NCBI GenBank assembly: GCA_018398765.1
Contig: JAHBMJ010000077.1
Span: forward strand, 1-57,773
Source: Chromera velia
Taxonomy: Eukaryota
Direction of reading: 5' to 3'
Length of the DNA stretch: 57,773 nt
Within the stretch, counting starts at the first letter, position 1. Every line of letters starts with the position of its first letter. The position numbers and the translations under genes are program-made. Positions 1-12,178 of this stretch are shown here, in pieces. Under the pieces are notes generated by a model, which was not told the origin of the DNA, made no database searches, and worked only from the letters and a program-made list of their open reading frames with translations.

Positions 1-252
1 CAGGAATTGCATGTATACGATTCTACAGGTTTGCCAACCGGTGGCTAAACTGCTTTAAAGAAGTCTCGTACGTCCATTTGACTCATTTTCAAACTATAGA
101 GTTAATCGTCTAAACTTATCAGGCCTCAGTCATCTCAGACTGGTATCATGGCTTGCTGTGACTTTAAGTTTGCATCTTACCTTGTGTTTGAAACTCATGC
201 ATGAAGACCCGATTTTTGATGCAACCTGTACAATCGGCTATTCGGCTCCGAA

Positions 253-345
253 TGCATGCACCGATGCATGGCCGCGGCCGCTAATAGGAGCGGTGCATGG
301 GCCGCGCCGGCGCGTGCATGGCTGGCCCGGGCTGCATGGGCTGGG
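253..345. promoter_or_regulatory. GC/CpG-rich cluster of TGCATG(CA) motifs, probable promoter region
   Basis: Five TGCATG copies (253, 265, 294, 315, 334) in a CpG-rich patch. The same architecture precedes the genes later in the window. Any target gene would lie outside the window. Confidence 0.4.
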
Positions 346-1220
346 CCATGTATACAGTGCACTGGATATGCACAAGCCTCCAGGCTACTCCCAAAACATT
401 TGTTTTTATAACGTAAAAAAAAAACCACGCACCATTAGAATGACCTAAGGTATTAAAGACTAGTAAGAATTGGACTTTGGCTAATTAATCACTTTATTCA
501 ATCACATTCAATCACTTCATGGGATAATTAAATATATTCTAATCACAAGTGACTAAACACCTTTGAGCTGCCAGACAAACAGAATAAGATGACCGGCAGG
601 CAAATGAAATCACAGAAGAATAAAAAAATCAATTCAGCGAAATTAAACGAAATGATGAATAGTACAGAGACAAGCAAATCAAAGCCAGACAGCGAGAATA
701 CGGGAAGACAGTCTGTCAAGAAAGTACAAAGCCGACAAGCTCTTCCAAACAAAATAGAGAGAGAGAAGTATAAAACGTGAACTCGCAGCAAACTTAACAT
801 CGAACAGCTAAGTCACTACCTTGCAGGAATGGACTGACTCTTCTTCCTAAGCCGCTCTCTGTCGCGTGCCAAAGGTCTCCTTACAGGAGGAAAGGCAAGA
901 CAAAGAAGAAGGTCTTAGAGAAGGTCGATAAGGGGAGCCACAAGAAGGCAACATCGAGACTAAAAAGAGCATGAAAAACGCCACCGCTCCGCGCACAAGG
1001 GCGTGAGTAGACGACTAGGAGTGAGAAGATAGAGATAAACGATATGAACACTACCCAGGAGATCAAATGATATAGAAGCATACGGCAGTGATGAAAAGTC
1101 ACCGGGAGGAAGAGAAGGATAAGGAAGTGGACGAAACCGATGTCGAAGCCAACGAGGCTCATGGAGACGGAAAGAGACATCGGGTTTCAGAGGGGCAAGG
1201 ACAACGACGACAGGGGTAAT

Positions 1221-1350
1221 ATGGACGTAGGCATCGTGATCTTTGCCATGGATGTAGGCATAGTGATCCTTGCCGTGGATGTAGACATACTGATCCTTAC
1301 CGTGGATGTAGGCATAGTGGATGTAGGCATACTGATCCTTGCCCAGGATG
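1221..1350. repeat. 27-bp degenerate tandem repeat (~4.5 units) in a decayed coding-like region
   Basis: Units of RTGGAYGTAGRCATMSTGATCYTTRCC start at 1221, 1248, 1275, 1302 (partial) and 1317. Confidence 0.85.
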
Positions 1351-2117
1351 TGGCGATATAAAAGAGGTCGGAGACGGAGGAGGATCGCCTTGCATCCGAA
1401 CACGAACACGGAGAAGGACGAGACGGGGGTGAGGTGGATGTGGCGATGTATAGAAGAGGTTGGAGAACAAGGACATAGAGAGCATCTATAAGCATAGAGA
1501 CAAGGAAGACTGACATGAACAACATGAAGCACAAGATCAACGTAAAGCTCTTGAAGGATGAGAAAAAAGAGGCCACAGAGCACTCGCTCTGACCGGGATG
1601 ATGGAGGGCTCCAGAGGTAGCGGCCAGCCAGAGAGTCGCCACGAAAGAGAGATCGAGGTTCCAAGCAGGGACCAGACAAAGCGATTGCAGAATAGGAACG
1701 AAGCTATCAAAGAGACGGAAGAACAACACCGCTTTGAACTAAGGGGGACTTATGGAGAAGAGAGAACTGATACTCTAAAGGAGAGTCGTTAGGGATGCAT
1801 CAAAAGTAACAAACATGTTGCGGTTGAATTGGAGCGTCAAAAGAGGGATCGCTCGTACCATGTGCTTCGCGAAAGTCCATAAAATTTTTTTTATCGAAAT
1901 GTTCCGATCGAAAATGAGAAACACGCCCCAGCTGAGGTGGCGAATGCTATGAGATAAGATCATGAATAAGTCGAGCGTGGAATCTCAATCTTAGAAAGGG
2001 GCGAATGCTATGTGCTACTTAAGCATAACTCGGCATAGCTAGAAAGAAGATAAAAATTAAATGAATTAGTTGTAGTTTAAAGTAGCACTAAACAAAAGAA
2101 AATCGTGTACGCCGCTT

Positions 2118-2194
2118 GCTTTCATGACTTAGTGGTTAGCATACAGTACTAACAAGCAGAAGGTCATGGGCTTAATCCTCGCTATATCCTTTTT
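2118..2194 (+). pseudogene. tRNA-Val(AAC)-like pseudogene or tRNA-derived SINE head
   Basis: Canonical tRNA spacing: A-box-like TGACTTAGTGG (2125-2135), anticodon loop CT-AAC-AA (2149-2155) followed by GCAGA, variable loop AGGTC, degenerate B-box GGGCTTAATCC, then a T run. The stems pair poorly. Confidence 0.5.
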
Positions 2195-3171
2195 AAGTAT
2201 CAAAGAAAAGAGATGTAGGACGTAAACGTCCTGCATCATACAGATGTTAGCGTGTCACACTTCGATCGAAATCACATGAAAGACTTCCGAAAGACTTTTT
2301 GGAAGACTATAATGAAATCAGATCGATCACCGAATCACAAGAAAGCTCCATGCTCCTGACACTGATCGAGTCTGTCCCTGGAGATCGACCTGAACCACTC
2401 CAGAGACATTAAACCCTGAAGACCCTTGAACCTCTGCAAGTACTCACCAGCGCCAACTCCTCTAAGTAGACCTTAACAGTTCCAACTTCCAACTTATTTG
2501 AACTTATTCTAATATGCAATTGAATTCAATTAACTATATCTAGCTAGCACTATATATATAGGTCGCTTGCTCTGAGTAACTCTGATGGAAGTTGCTCATC
2601 GACGGAGTTATCGCTCACTACATTCTATTAGATTCACATGCAATACTAGACGCAATACCACCTCTTCTACTATCTTTTACCCAACTAGCTACATCAAACA
2701 ATGCAAACTAGAATTTAAATACTAGATTGAGTGTGGCCGCAATATAATTTGACAAACCTGCATACTGATACAAAACTTTCTAACTTAATATGACCATTTC
2801 TTTTTTGAAGTCTAATATTTCTGACTATACTATCAAAAATGGGTTAGACACCATCTGGGCTGAGCCCCTGTAAAATTTAATTCAACCATAGCTTTACTTT
2901 AAACTACCTTAAACCATGCTAGCACTTAAGTGATTGTGACTAAGTATGCAAATATGATGATGATGTCATGATGACAATGTTGAATATATGGAGGCTGTTT
3001 AACAAATACGTAAAGGGGCATGTATAGGTGTACACGGGAGGCCGCCGGAGGCATATACAAGAACACAGATATATATGTAGGTACTACGTACTTAGCACAA
3101 CATAGTTCTACACACAGCAACATACTTACAGTAATATAGAAACACACACAAACTAACAGAAACAATGCTAT

Positions 3172-3270
3172 GCATTCATTCATTACCATTAAAGCATTCA
3201 TTCATTCATTCATTCATTCATTCATTCATTCAGTCAGTCAGTCAGTCAGTCAGTCAGTCAGTCATTCAAT
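3172..3270. repeat. (CATT)n/(CAGT)n compound microsatellite
   Basis: Directly visible tandem tetranucleotides. Confidence 0.95.
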
Positions 3271-3819
3271 AAATGATGCCAGTGTGTTACATCAATGCTT
3301 TCATTGTTCAGTGTTCATCAGGGCTTCATTAAACACCCACTTCTACATTCATCTGTTAATTTAAACTTCGCTCAAATGTCAGACAGAATACACGCTTCAC
3401 TTCACGAAATTAGATTAAAAACTTTCCGCATGGTCCTGTTTACCAAGTGTTCTGTCTCCCCTCACTCCCCCTTTTCAAAGTCCAAGAAGAAAAAGCGGAA
3501 AAGAGGAAACTGAGTGCGTCTGACAAAACGGCAGAAGAGAGAGGTGCACTCGCTCATTCAGGGAACTCTCCTTTTCCTTCGGACTGACCATTCCCTCTGT
3601 GCTTGAATTCTGTCTGGGTTCATGCACAGCCTTCAAAGTTTTTGTTCTCTTGCTCTCAGTCTCTCTTTTCCTTCGGGTTTCGTCTCACGAACTCTCCCCC
3701 CCCCCCTTCCCGTTCCTTCAGGCTGTCAGATCGATCTGGTCCATCCGGCCTTGCTTCTTCACTCTTTACACATCAGGCTCCATTCAAACTTCTCTCCTCC
3801 TCCCTCCTCCCTCTTCTCT

Positions 3820-5641
3820 CTACTTGGCCGTGAGGATTTTGAACCCTGCCCACGAGACTGGAGGCGTGTGGTCGTTGTCTGCAATGAACTGCAGCATCAC
3901 TTCGGAAGGTCCTGCACGGCACAGGCAGAAGGGATTGAGGGAGTGAATGCAGAGGGAGGGACAGTTCCTTCATGTTCTTTGGGAGAGTGGTATAGGAAGC
4001 AGGAACGAGGCAAGAAACAGTCCGAATGACCAGATCGTTACGGAAAATGAAAGGCTCAGAGCATCCAGAGCATCAGAAACTCTGACAGCAGAGGAGCAAA
4101 ACCAGAAACAAACAAACAAACAGACAGACAAACGACAAACAACAATCAAACAAACAAACCGACCATCATCAGGAATCTCGTCGAGGCACCTCTGGAAGGA
4201 CAGCTGCGCAGCGTCCCAGTCCCCATTCACGAAAGCCCTGAATCCCAAAGTCCAATTGGAAGAGAAGTCGAAAGAGAAGAATTCCCTCAAAAACACGAAA
4301 TCCAAGTCCAAACGGAAAATCGCGTCTGTGCCCTGAGCCATCAGGACCTCCACGGTCACATCCTCGGGAGGACGGAGTATTCCGATCGTGTGTCCCTCTG
4401 CGACTGGGGGGGGCGTGGGGGTCATGTCGAAGGTGTAGATGCCGATCGGCTTGTGGAGTCCCTTCAAGACCACATTGTCGATTCTCCTGCTTCGTTCCTG
4501 CAAAAAGAAAGGAAGAAAGAAAAAGAGAAGAATGAATGTCTATCTGCCGTTCTCTTCACTTTTTCTTTGCCTGCACGTTGTTCTTTCTCTCTTCCTTTTA
4601 TTGTGGTTTCCACTTTTTCCCCTCCTCCGCTCCTTCAACATCTCTTCAAGGTGCTACGTCTTTACAATTTCTCCCTCCTCTGTACTATCTGTAGACAGTA
4701 ATTGGTCTGCCGTCCAGGCAACGTGCCCTTCTGTTTCTGTTTTTGCGTTACCACCTGGAAAGGGTAAGCTGGTCAGACTTCAATGTTGACCAGTCTTCCT
4801 CCCTACATCTTGTCCTCGCGGCGCTTTCTCATCCTTTGTTTTTCTCTCACTTGGGGGTATTCCAACAGCCTCCATTTAAAACGCCTACGCACAAGAGGAA
4901 CGGAATGAGATGAGACCCCAACCAACCCAACCTGCCCCCCCACCTGCATGAATGCATTCGAATTCCTCCTCCTACCTGAGCAGAGGGCGCCAGATACTCA
5001 AAGAATTGTTCCGAGAAGAGCAACTGGACGCCGTAGAGCTTCGTTGCTGTCTGGAGGCGTGCTGCGGTGTTCACGTGGAGGCTCAGGTACGACGCCTCGA
5101 TCTTGAACTCGGACCCGATTGCACCCTCAATCGCCCACCCGCAGTGGAGTCCTGCCCGCACCTGCATTCAGACACAAAGATGCATTGATTGGTTGGCAAG
5201 AAAGGGTGATAGAAAAGTTGGATGTTCCTTGTGATGCATGTAGTTGAAATCTGTTCCCTTGTTTGGAGAACAGAGAGAGAGAGAGAGAGAACAAACACGA
5301 AGAGAGCGAAATGACCACTCCTTCATCCGCTGTGCGCAAGGCAGTTACGTGTCTCTTTCTCTTTTGTGTCTGACCTGGACAGTGTAGGACGAGGGGAACC
5401 TCGGGAAGATTTTCGGGTGTCTGCTGTACGTCTGGAGGTCCCCCGCCCTCTGCACCTCCATCATTGTCTTCACAAGGGCAATCAATGCAAAGTCGCTAGT
5501 CTCATTCCGTCTCCGTAACAGCTCCTCCTTCTTTTGGAAAAATTCGGGGGGCATGCCCTCGGTGTCAGAAGGCTCAACGGAACTGCATACACATGCACAC
5601 ATATACACTCATACATACATACGCATACCTACATACATCCA

Positions 5642-5679
<38 letters not shown>

Positions 5680-5701
5680 TAAAGACAGAGACACGGAGTG
5701 A

Positions 5702-5736
<35 letters not shown>

Positions 5737-5739
5737 AGC

Positions 5740-5776
<37 letters not shown>

Positions 5777-7570
5777 CTGGAGAGAGAGAGAGAGCGCAAA
5801 GACGAGATAGGTGTCTTCACGGTGCTTCTTGGCCACACTTCCTCCCCCTTTGATGCCCATCTTTCGCCATACGACCTCATCTGTTCTGTCACCCGGCACC
5901 CTCCCTCCCACCCTCCCTCCCTCCCTCCCACAACCCCGTGGATGGATGGGGGGACATCAAATAACAAAAACAAAAAGAACCCCTACAGTTTCTTTGACAA
6001 TCAACCCCCCAGGCCCTCCCTCTCCGCTTAATTTGTCCTGACTGACCCCAAATCATTCTTTCCCCCCAGGCCCTCTCTAAGGGGATGATTCTGAGCTTCT
6101 GCTGCCTTCACTGCCTCTGTCTGTTCCGCTGTGGCCACCATGAAAGAGGACCTGCGGGCCTGCACAGAATCCTTCCGGTCAGATGGGGGCACTCCGATTT
6201 CAGACAGACTGTCAAACGCTCTGCCGACATTCGGACTCGGAGGTACTGACAGGTTCTGTCCTTCCTTTGAATTGCTCTGACCACCTGCTGCACTGCCACC
6301 CCCCCCTTGTTGGGTGCCTACGGAGGACTTTCGTCGCAACGCTTCTTGAGCGGCAGGGGAAGCCAGTGCAGCCGCGGTCTCCTTCGTCATCGATGTCCGC
6401 TGTTGGGTTCCCTGTCTCCCTCTCCTCTTTTGCCCTGGCGTGTCGGCGTTCTTCTCCTGGGTTTGCAATCTCCGCAATTCCTCTTCATCCAACCTACTCG
6501 CCCTTCTATTTTTCCGAAACTCTTTGAAACATTCTTTGTCATGCAGGAGCCAGACCAGAAGAAACGTCGACCCCATGTTTTTATTTGCCGCGCCGTTCCA
6601 CGAATGCACACAGGAGTGAACAATCCGGGCAATCTTATTCACAAAAACCATCACCTCCTCCAACAGGCACTCTGTGACCTCCGCGAAGTGATTGATCTCC
6701 ACGAACGCGTACACGGCGTACACCTTCCGTCCATGGGCCATCAAGTCCAGCTTCCCGCTCTGACTGCTCATGTTCTCACCAATCACAGAAGCCCCCGCTT
6801 GGCCAAATCCAACCTGACGGAAGGAAGAAAATACAATTCAGCAAAGGAAAGGAAAACAGGTGAAAAAAACGTACAGGAGGATGTCTTGTCAGTCCAAACT
6901 ACTCCTGCCGACAATAATGTAGAAATTCAGGCAACCATTCAACTGTGAACGGAAAATAGACAGAGACACATGCTGAATTACACATAGAAATTGCTCTAGT
7001 GCGCCTCTTCCTATGCGTACCTGTAACAATCCTCCAATTTTGAGAATTGTGTTCTCCAGCATCGCCGTCTCCAACTGTCCAGACGAGTCGCTCTTCGGCT
7101 TCCCCCCTCCTTCCTGCATACAGTTACTCACATGCAGTCGCAAGTGCAAACAAGCAGGGGTGATAAACAAAGTCTAGTCACGTCAAGTCTAAAACAAAAT
7201 GGATTCCTTCTGCGACGCGGCCATTGCGTTTGCCATGAGAGCTTTTTGGAGGAGGAGAAGGGCTGCAAAGGAGAGCAAATACATGAACTGACAGACCAAA
7301 CTCGCACAGGCAGGCACAACACCCACGCACACAAATGCACAGGATCGCTGACTGACGGACTGAATGACTGACTGACCTGAAGGAAGTCGTCAAAGTCCTC
7401 ATCGTTCAGTTCCGGTTTCGCCAGAGGGTCGTCGGCTAGTTGCTTCACGATGCCGACCTGCAGGCAGAAAGAAGGAGAGGGTGGGTGCATCAAAGAAACA
7501 AACAAATCCATCGACATGCAACCCGATTCTTGCAGTGTCGCTACTATTAATATAACCACGAGAGACGCAG

Positions 7571-7601
<31 letters not shown>

Positions 7602-10150
7602 AACACGCGGAAAGAGGCAGATACGCAGACAATTAAAAGAGCAGTCGCATGCAACCATGGGATCAAAAGATCAAGACGCGCTGACCGACCGACCGACCAT
7701 TTTCTCAATGGGAGCAATGACAAGAGTCTGGGTATCTCTGGAGAACATCAGAGAGCCAAGTCCGAGCAAAAAGACGATGAACGTCGTCGTCAGCATCGAC
7801 AGCCCGGCAGAGAGACGTGAGTTGTCCAGATTCAGAAACTTTGCGCCAGAAACCTGAAGGAAGAAAAAGAAGGGTAAGAAGGAAGGACAGGACCCCAAAC
7901 AAGCAAGTGACTTACTTCGATCCCAAAACTTTCCTCCCTGTTTTTGACAGCCAACGAGAGCACGTAAGAGCACCCATAGACAGATCATCTGTGCCCCAAA
8001 ATGTCTTTCGGCTCGTTTGTGTGACATTTCTTTTTGAATCGGTTGAAAGTAAAGCGTCGACGCACACACAGACTGAATGACTGACTGACCAGTTGCTGGC
8101 AGGCTCTTTCTGTCTTGGCGCACTGTGAGGGTGTGAAGGCGACGACCTCCATTTCGGATTCTCTCCAGGGACACGCAAATTCCGTGCGGAACCCGGCACA
8201 CCGGCCCTCCGCCTCCCAATCGCCAGCAGAGGAGGACACCGAGGAGATGTTGGTCATCGTGCCGTTATTCAGAAAGTCTGGAATCTGCAGACATACAAGT
8301 AGGTAGACAAAGAAAGAAACAGCATAGATAGACACGTAAACATACAATCAGATCAGTTAAAAACTCCTGACCGACTCCCCTCCATGTCTTGTGTTTTTCA
8401 CTCGATGCAACCGAGACAATTAAGCTCCACGTCCTCTCTTTGCAAAACATCCAAAGAGCCCTCATCGCCTGACTGACTGACTGACATACAGACCAACCTG
8501 GAGCCAGAGCAACCTTCTGGGGACATCCGTTGAGGAGACGGAAGTCATCGTCAGTGCAGTCGCCGGGTCAAGGGAGGACGTGGAGTAGAGCCACAACTGC
8601 AAGGAAGGAAGCAGACAGAGAGAGGCAGGGAGGGGAATTCAGAGAGAAGCGCACACACACACACACGCACTCAATCACTGATCCAATTACACTCATATAG
8701 AAGAAGGGATAGAGACAATACACGGAGGTCGATCTCTCTGTCTGTGCGAACAACAAACTGTCTCCATACTTCCACTTCTCATCAGTGTGTCCGTCAGACT
8801 GACCATGTACTTCCACCCCTCATCAGTCACCCACCCAACGTCTGTGAGAGGAGGGTCATACATAGAGCACCCAAAGGAAGGAAAGTTGGCGTAGTCCTTG
8901 GCGTTGCACCTAGAGGCCCCGTATAGGGTCAGCTGTTCGAGTCCGTACTCTGCGCTCAGGTCCACCTCGCTGTATTGGAGGTTGGGGATCACAAACAGAA
9001 CCGTGAGGACTCCCAGGATCACGCGGCGAGTGGTCTGCTCGGAGAGAATCTTCCCGAGGCGGGAAGCCTGCAGGCAGGCGGGAAGGAAAGAACGGCGAAG
9101 CAGAACAAAGAAAAAGCACAATTGTACAAAGGAGAGAAGGAAGTCACGGCAGAAGAAAGGAAGAAAAGAGAAAAATCCCAATTTGATTGACCGAACATCA
9201 AGGCCCCCCCAGGCACGTGGCTGGGAGAAAGACCAGTCTTTGAGTAGGAATTCCTCCTCATCGCCTAACCCCACCCCCCAAATATCGAGTGGGTGAGTAC
9301 ACATTGCAATCCTGCCATCCAAAGCAGCCAGTCATCCATCCATCCATCCATCCATCCATCCATCCATTCAGCTGACCTCAATTCGTTTTGCTGCCTCTTC
9401 TCCCTTTTGCGCATTGACTTTCGCCTGTTCCTCCGCCTTTCTCTTCTCCTCCTGCTCCTCCTCTGTGAGCTCCCGGGGACACAACCACTGCGCGAGGTCT
9501 GCCACCCTGATCAGTCTCACGAGCCGTACCAGACGCACAATCCTCCCGGCACGCGTACCCGCACGGGAGGCGCGTCCTGCCCTTGCGGCTGTGGCGTTCC
9601 CCAGCCCCCCTCCGGACCCGCTTTGGCCTAGGGCTGTCAGAAGGGGGGTCATGATCCACTCGATGTCCGGGATCAGGGAGACAGTTGCCACGATGTCGAG
9701 GTAGAAGAAGAAACCTGCCTTGTAGCCCTCCATGATGATGCAGTTGACCGTCAACTCAGCAGCAAAGAGGACAAAGGAGATGAAGAAGAGCGCAAAGAAT
9801 GTCTGGTCTGCATTTTTGTTGAAGAAGAAGAGGCGAATGTCATCACCGTACAGCGCAAAGCATGTGACGATCATCATCGTCCCAAATACGACCCCGTGAT
9901 TCATGAACGCCTCTGTCTTATCTCGTAAAGTCACCTTGTCCTCATCGTCACTTCCATCCTTCTCTATTTGGGAGAGTCTTTCCTTCTCCTTTCGGTACTG
10001 CTCTACCGTCATGCCCCTCTCTTTTGCCTCCTGCGCCTCCTCAGTCTGACTGCCCACCCACGTCCACTGGTGCTCCTGCTTCTCATCGTCCTGCAGCCTC
10101 GACACACGGCTGGCGCCCTTCGGAGCGGTTGAGTTGTCTCTGGCTGCCAT
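3820..10150 (-). CDS. Voltage-sensor/ion-channel-like class III adenylyl cyclase (ciliate/apicomplexan ACalpha type), ~1082 aa, 12 exons, degenerate catalytic site
   Basis: Exons (minus strand): 10150-9377, 9067-8804, 8596-8498, 8284-8090, 7853-7698, 7457-7377, 7113-7021, 6813-6047, 5582-5375, 5161-4976, 4497-4164, 3911-3820. All introns are GT-AG and phase-consistent; total 3249 nt. Motifs: TM helices; S4-like RAGRASRAGTRAGRIVRLVRLVRLIRV; LLQVGFG; cyclase motifs GLHCGWAIEGAIGSEFKIEASYLS and VNTAARL; C-terminal DGPS...WAGFKILTAK*. Confidence 0.92.
5588..5793. repeat. (CA)n and (GA)n microsatellites in cyclase intron 8
   Basis: Directly visible. Confidence 0.95.
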
Positions 10151-10399
10151 TTTGGACCAGCTGACTTGGTGAGATAACGGTTTGGAAGAGAGAGAGGCAC
10201 TTCTGTGTGTATATGTAGACTGAGAATTTCTCTATATACCTTCCTCGTTCTGCCAGGAGGGAGCCGAACGAATGGGTAGAGCTGAGGACTTCTTTTCTGC
10301 CCGCACGCTCTTTGTCTCAAGAGTAGATGGAGAGAAGAGTGGACCACCTGCCGTTCCTGGTGTTGGGTACCACAGTTATATATGCACGTAGATCGAAGA

Positions 10400-11070
10400 T
10401 TCAGTGTTGCATGCGTACATGCGTTGCACACATTCTGGCAGGGCTCTGGGATACAGGAAGCTCGACTGCTTTTTTCTTTACTTGTGATTGTTGACTTCAC
10501 TCCAGCGCCTTTCCGTCACAATGTTCTGCAAGATGATAGTCCGATGCACAATTCTCGATGGATTGATCATTCATGCAATCAATCTGATTGATCGCATGAT
10601 GATCGCATGCAAAATTATAAAGTTTTTGCGAGTGTTTCAGCTGCAAGGTCGCTCGTGCGCCCGTCCATGCATGCATGCATGCAGCGAAAGCTTTGTGTCG
10701 ATCACGCCTCACGACATGTTTGGCGTACCCGGCGCACAGGCGCACCCCGACCAAACTATAAACTATAAACGATTTATATATATAAACCCCTGTTATATAT
10801 ATAAACCCCTGCCCTTGAATTTGGCTATATACCTTCATTAAAGATGGAAACACCGAGCAGAGCTCAATGAAGAAGCACCGAGATATGTTGCGCGCTGTAC
10901 TATGGCGTCTCGCCCCGAATTAATCGCCTTTTCATGCAATATTCATTCAATTATTGCACTTATAAAATTTTGATTCTATAAAAAACATGCATGCATGCAT
11001 GCATGCAATTAATAAAAAAAAAATAATGCATATGTATATATGCGAAAAAAAAAATAATGCAAGCATGCAC
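10400..11070. promoter_or_regulatory. Bidirectional promoter region with (TGCA)n / TGCATGCA arrays
   Basis: CATGCATGCATGCATGCA at 10666-10683 and a longer run at 10986-11007, plus a duplicated TATATATATAAACCCCTG near 10775-10811. Lies between the divergent ATGs at 10150 (-) and 11390 (+). Confidence 0.55.
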
Positions 11071-11389
11071 GCAGATCGAACTTTTATTTTGTTTTTTCTT
11101 TTTAAAAAGAAATATATATATATAGTATTGTACCGAACATTGATTTCCGGAGACCTCCATTGTACACCATCAAACCATACCCTGGACATTCTTTGCTCGA
11201 CCTCCCGTCCAGGAGAAAGCCGAAGTCCGACGTCTACACCACTGCTCGTTTGTCCCGACTAGTCCTGACTTTGTCTGGCGGCCGGCCGTTTTGTACTCTC
11301 CAGGGCCCCTTCTGCGTGAAACCTTCAAGCTAGCTTCTGGTCACTTCACTGTCCATCGACTCTCCCACACTTCTGTCTGATCGAACAAC

Positions 11390-12178
11390 ATGTCTACATT
11401 TGGAGCCTCTCTGTCTGAGATCCAAGCTATTCAAGAGGCAAAAGCAGAGGTCAGGTCAATGCTGAGGTCGGCTCCTGGTTTGTACGTACTCAAACATTGA
11501 AAGCCAACTCACATCCGTCTCATCATGTACAGAATACATGCATGTGTTATGTTTGCAGTCACTGTTTGAGGCTGCACAAAGGCAGATGGTGCCGCAAACC
11601 CACAGGAGCCCAACAGGTGAGAAAATCGATCACTGTCAAAAGAGGATTTTTGATTTGGTTTGAAGAGGAGTACCGCATGCCAATGATGTAACCTGGCCGC
11701 GAACGAACGAACTCCGGAGCTTGTTGCATCACACATGGACTCTGGAGGCAAACAAAGAAAGAATGCAGTCTCTTTTGTGCATTGGCTTCCTTTTGCCCTG
11801 CGCGTTTCTGCGTGCAGCAACGGAGTGCCCCCCCCCTCAACCGCGGTGGACTCTGACGAGGCGGACAAGCTCCACCTGAAGCAAAAGTTCAACAGCCTCT
11901 TCCCAGAGACAGTGCAGAAGACGATCGATCCTTCGGGCCCGAAGATGTTCGGGAAGCAACTGGACAAGATCGCCACCACGATGACCGACATGGAGAAGGA
12001 GAAGTACGTCGATGAGCACAGGAGGGACAACGCGATTTCGATCAAGTTCGTTCGCTACACCCAGATCGAAGTGAGGGCGGGAGAATACTTCAAGACGACT
12101 CAGGTTCAGGGCGATGTACGCGTGCTCAAAGAGTCATGCTACGGACACAAGCACCTCAGTGTCTCTGAAAAGGAGTGA
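11390..12178 (+). CDS. Hypothetical protein, spliced; internal exon structure uncertain
   Basis: ATG at 11390 (MSTFGASLSEIQAIQEAKAE) then a GTCAG donor. GC3-rich coding exon at ~11818-12178 (NGVPPPSTAVDSDEADKLHLKQKF...SEKE*). The possible small exon 11559-11616 is not phase-compatible with the 11818 acceptor. Confidence 0.6.
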
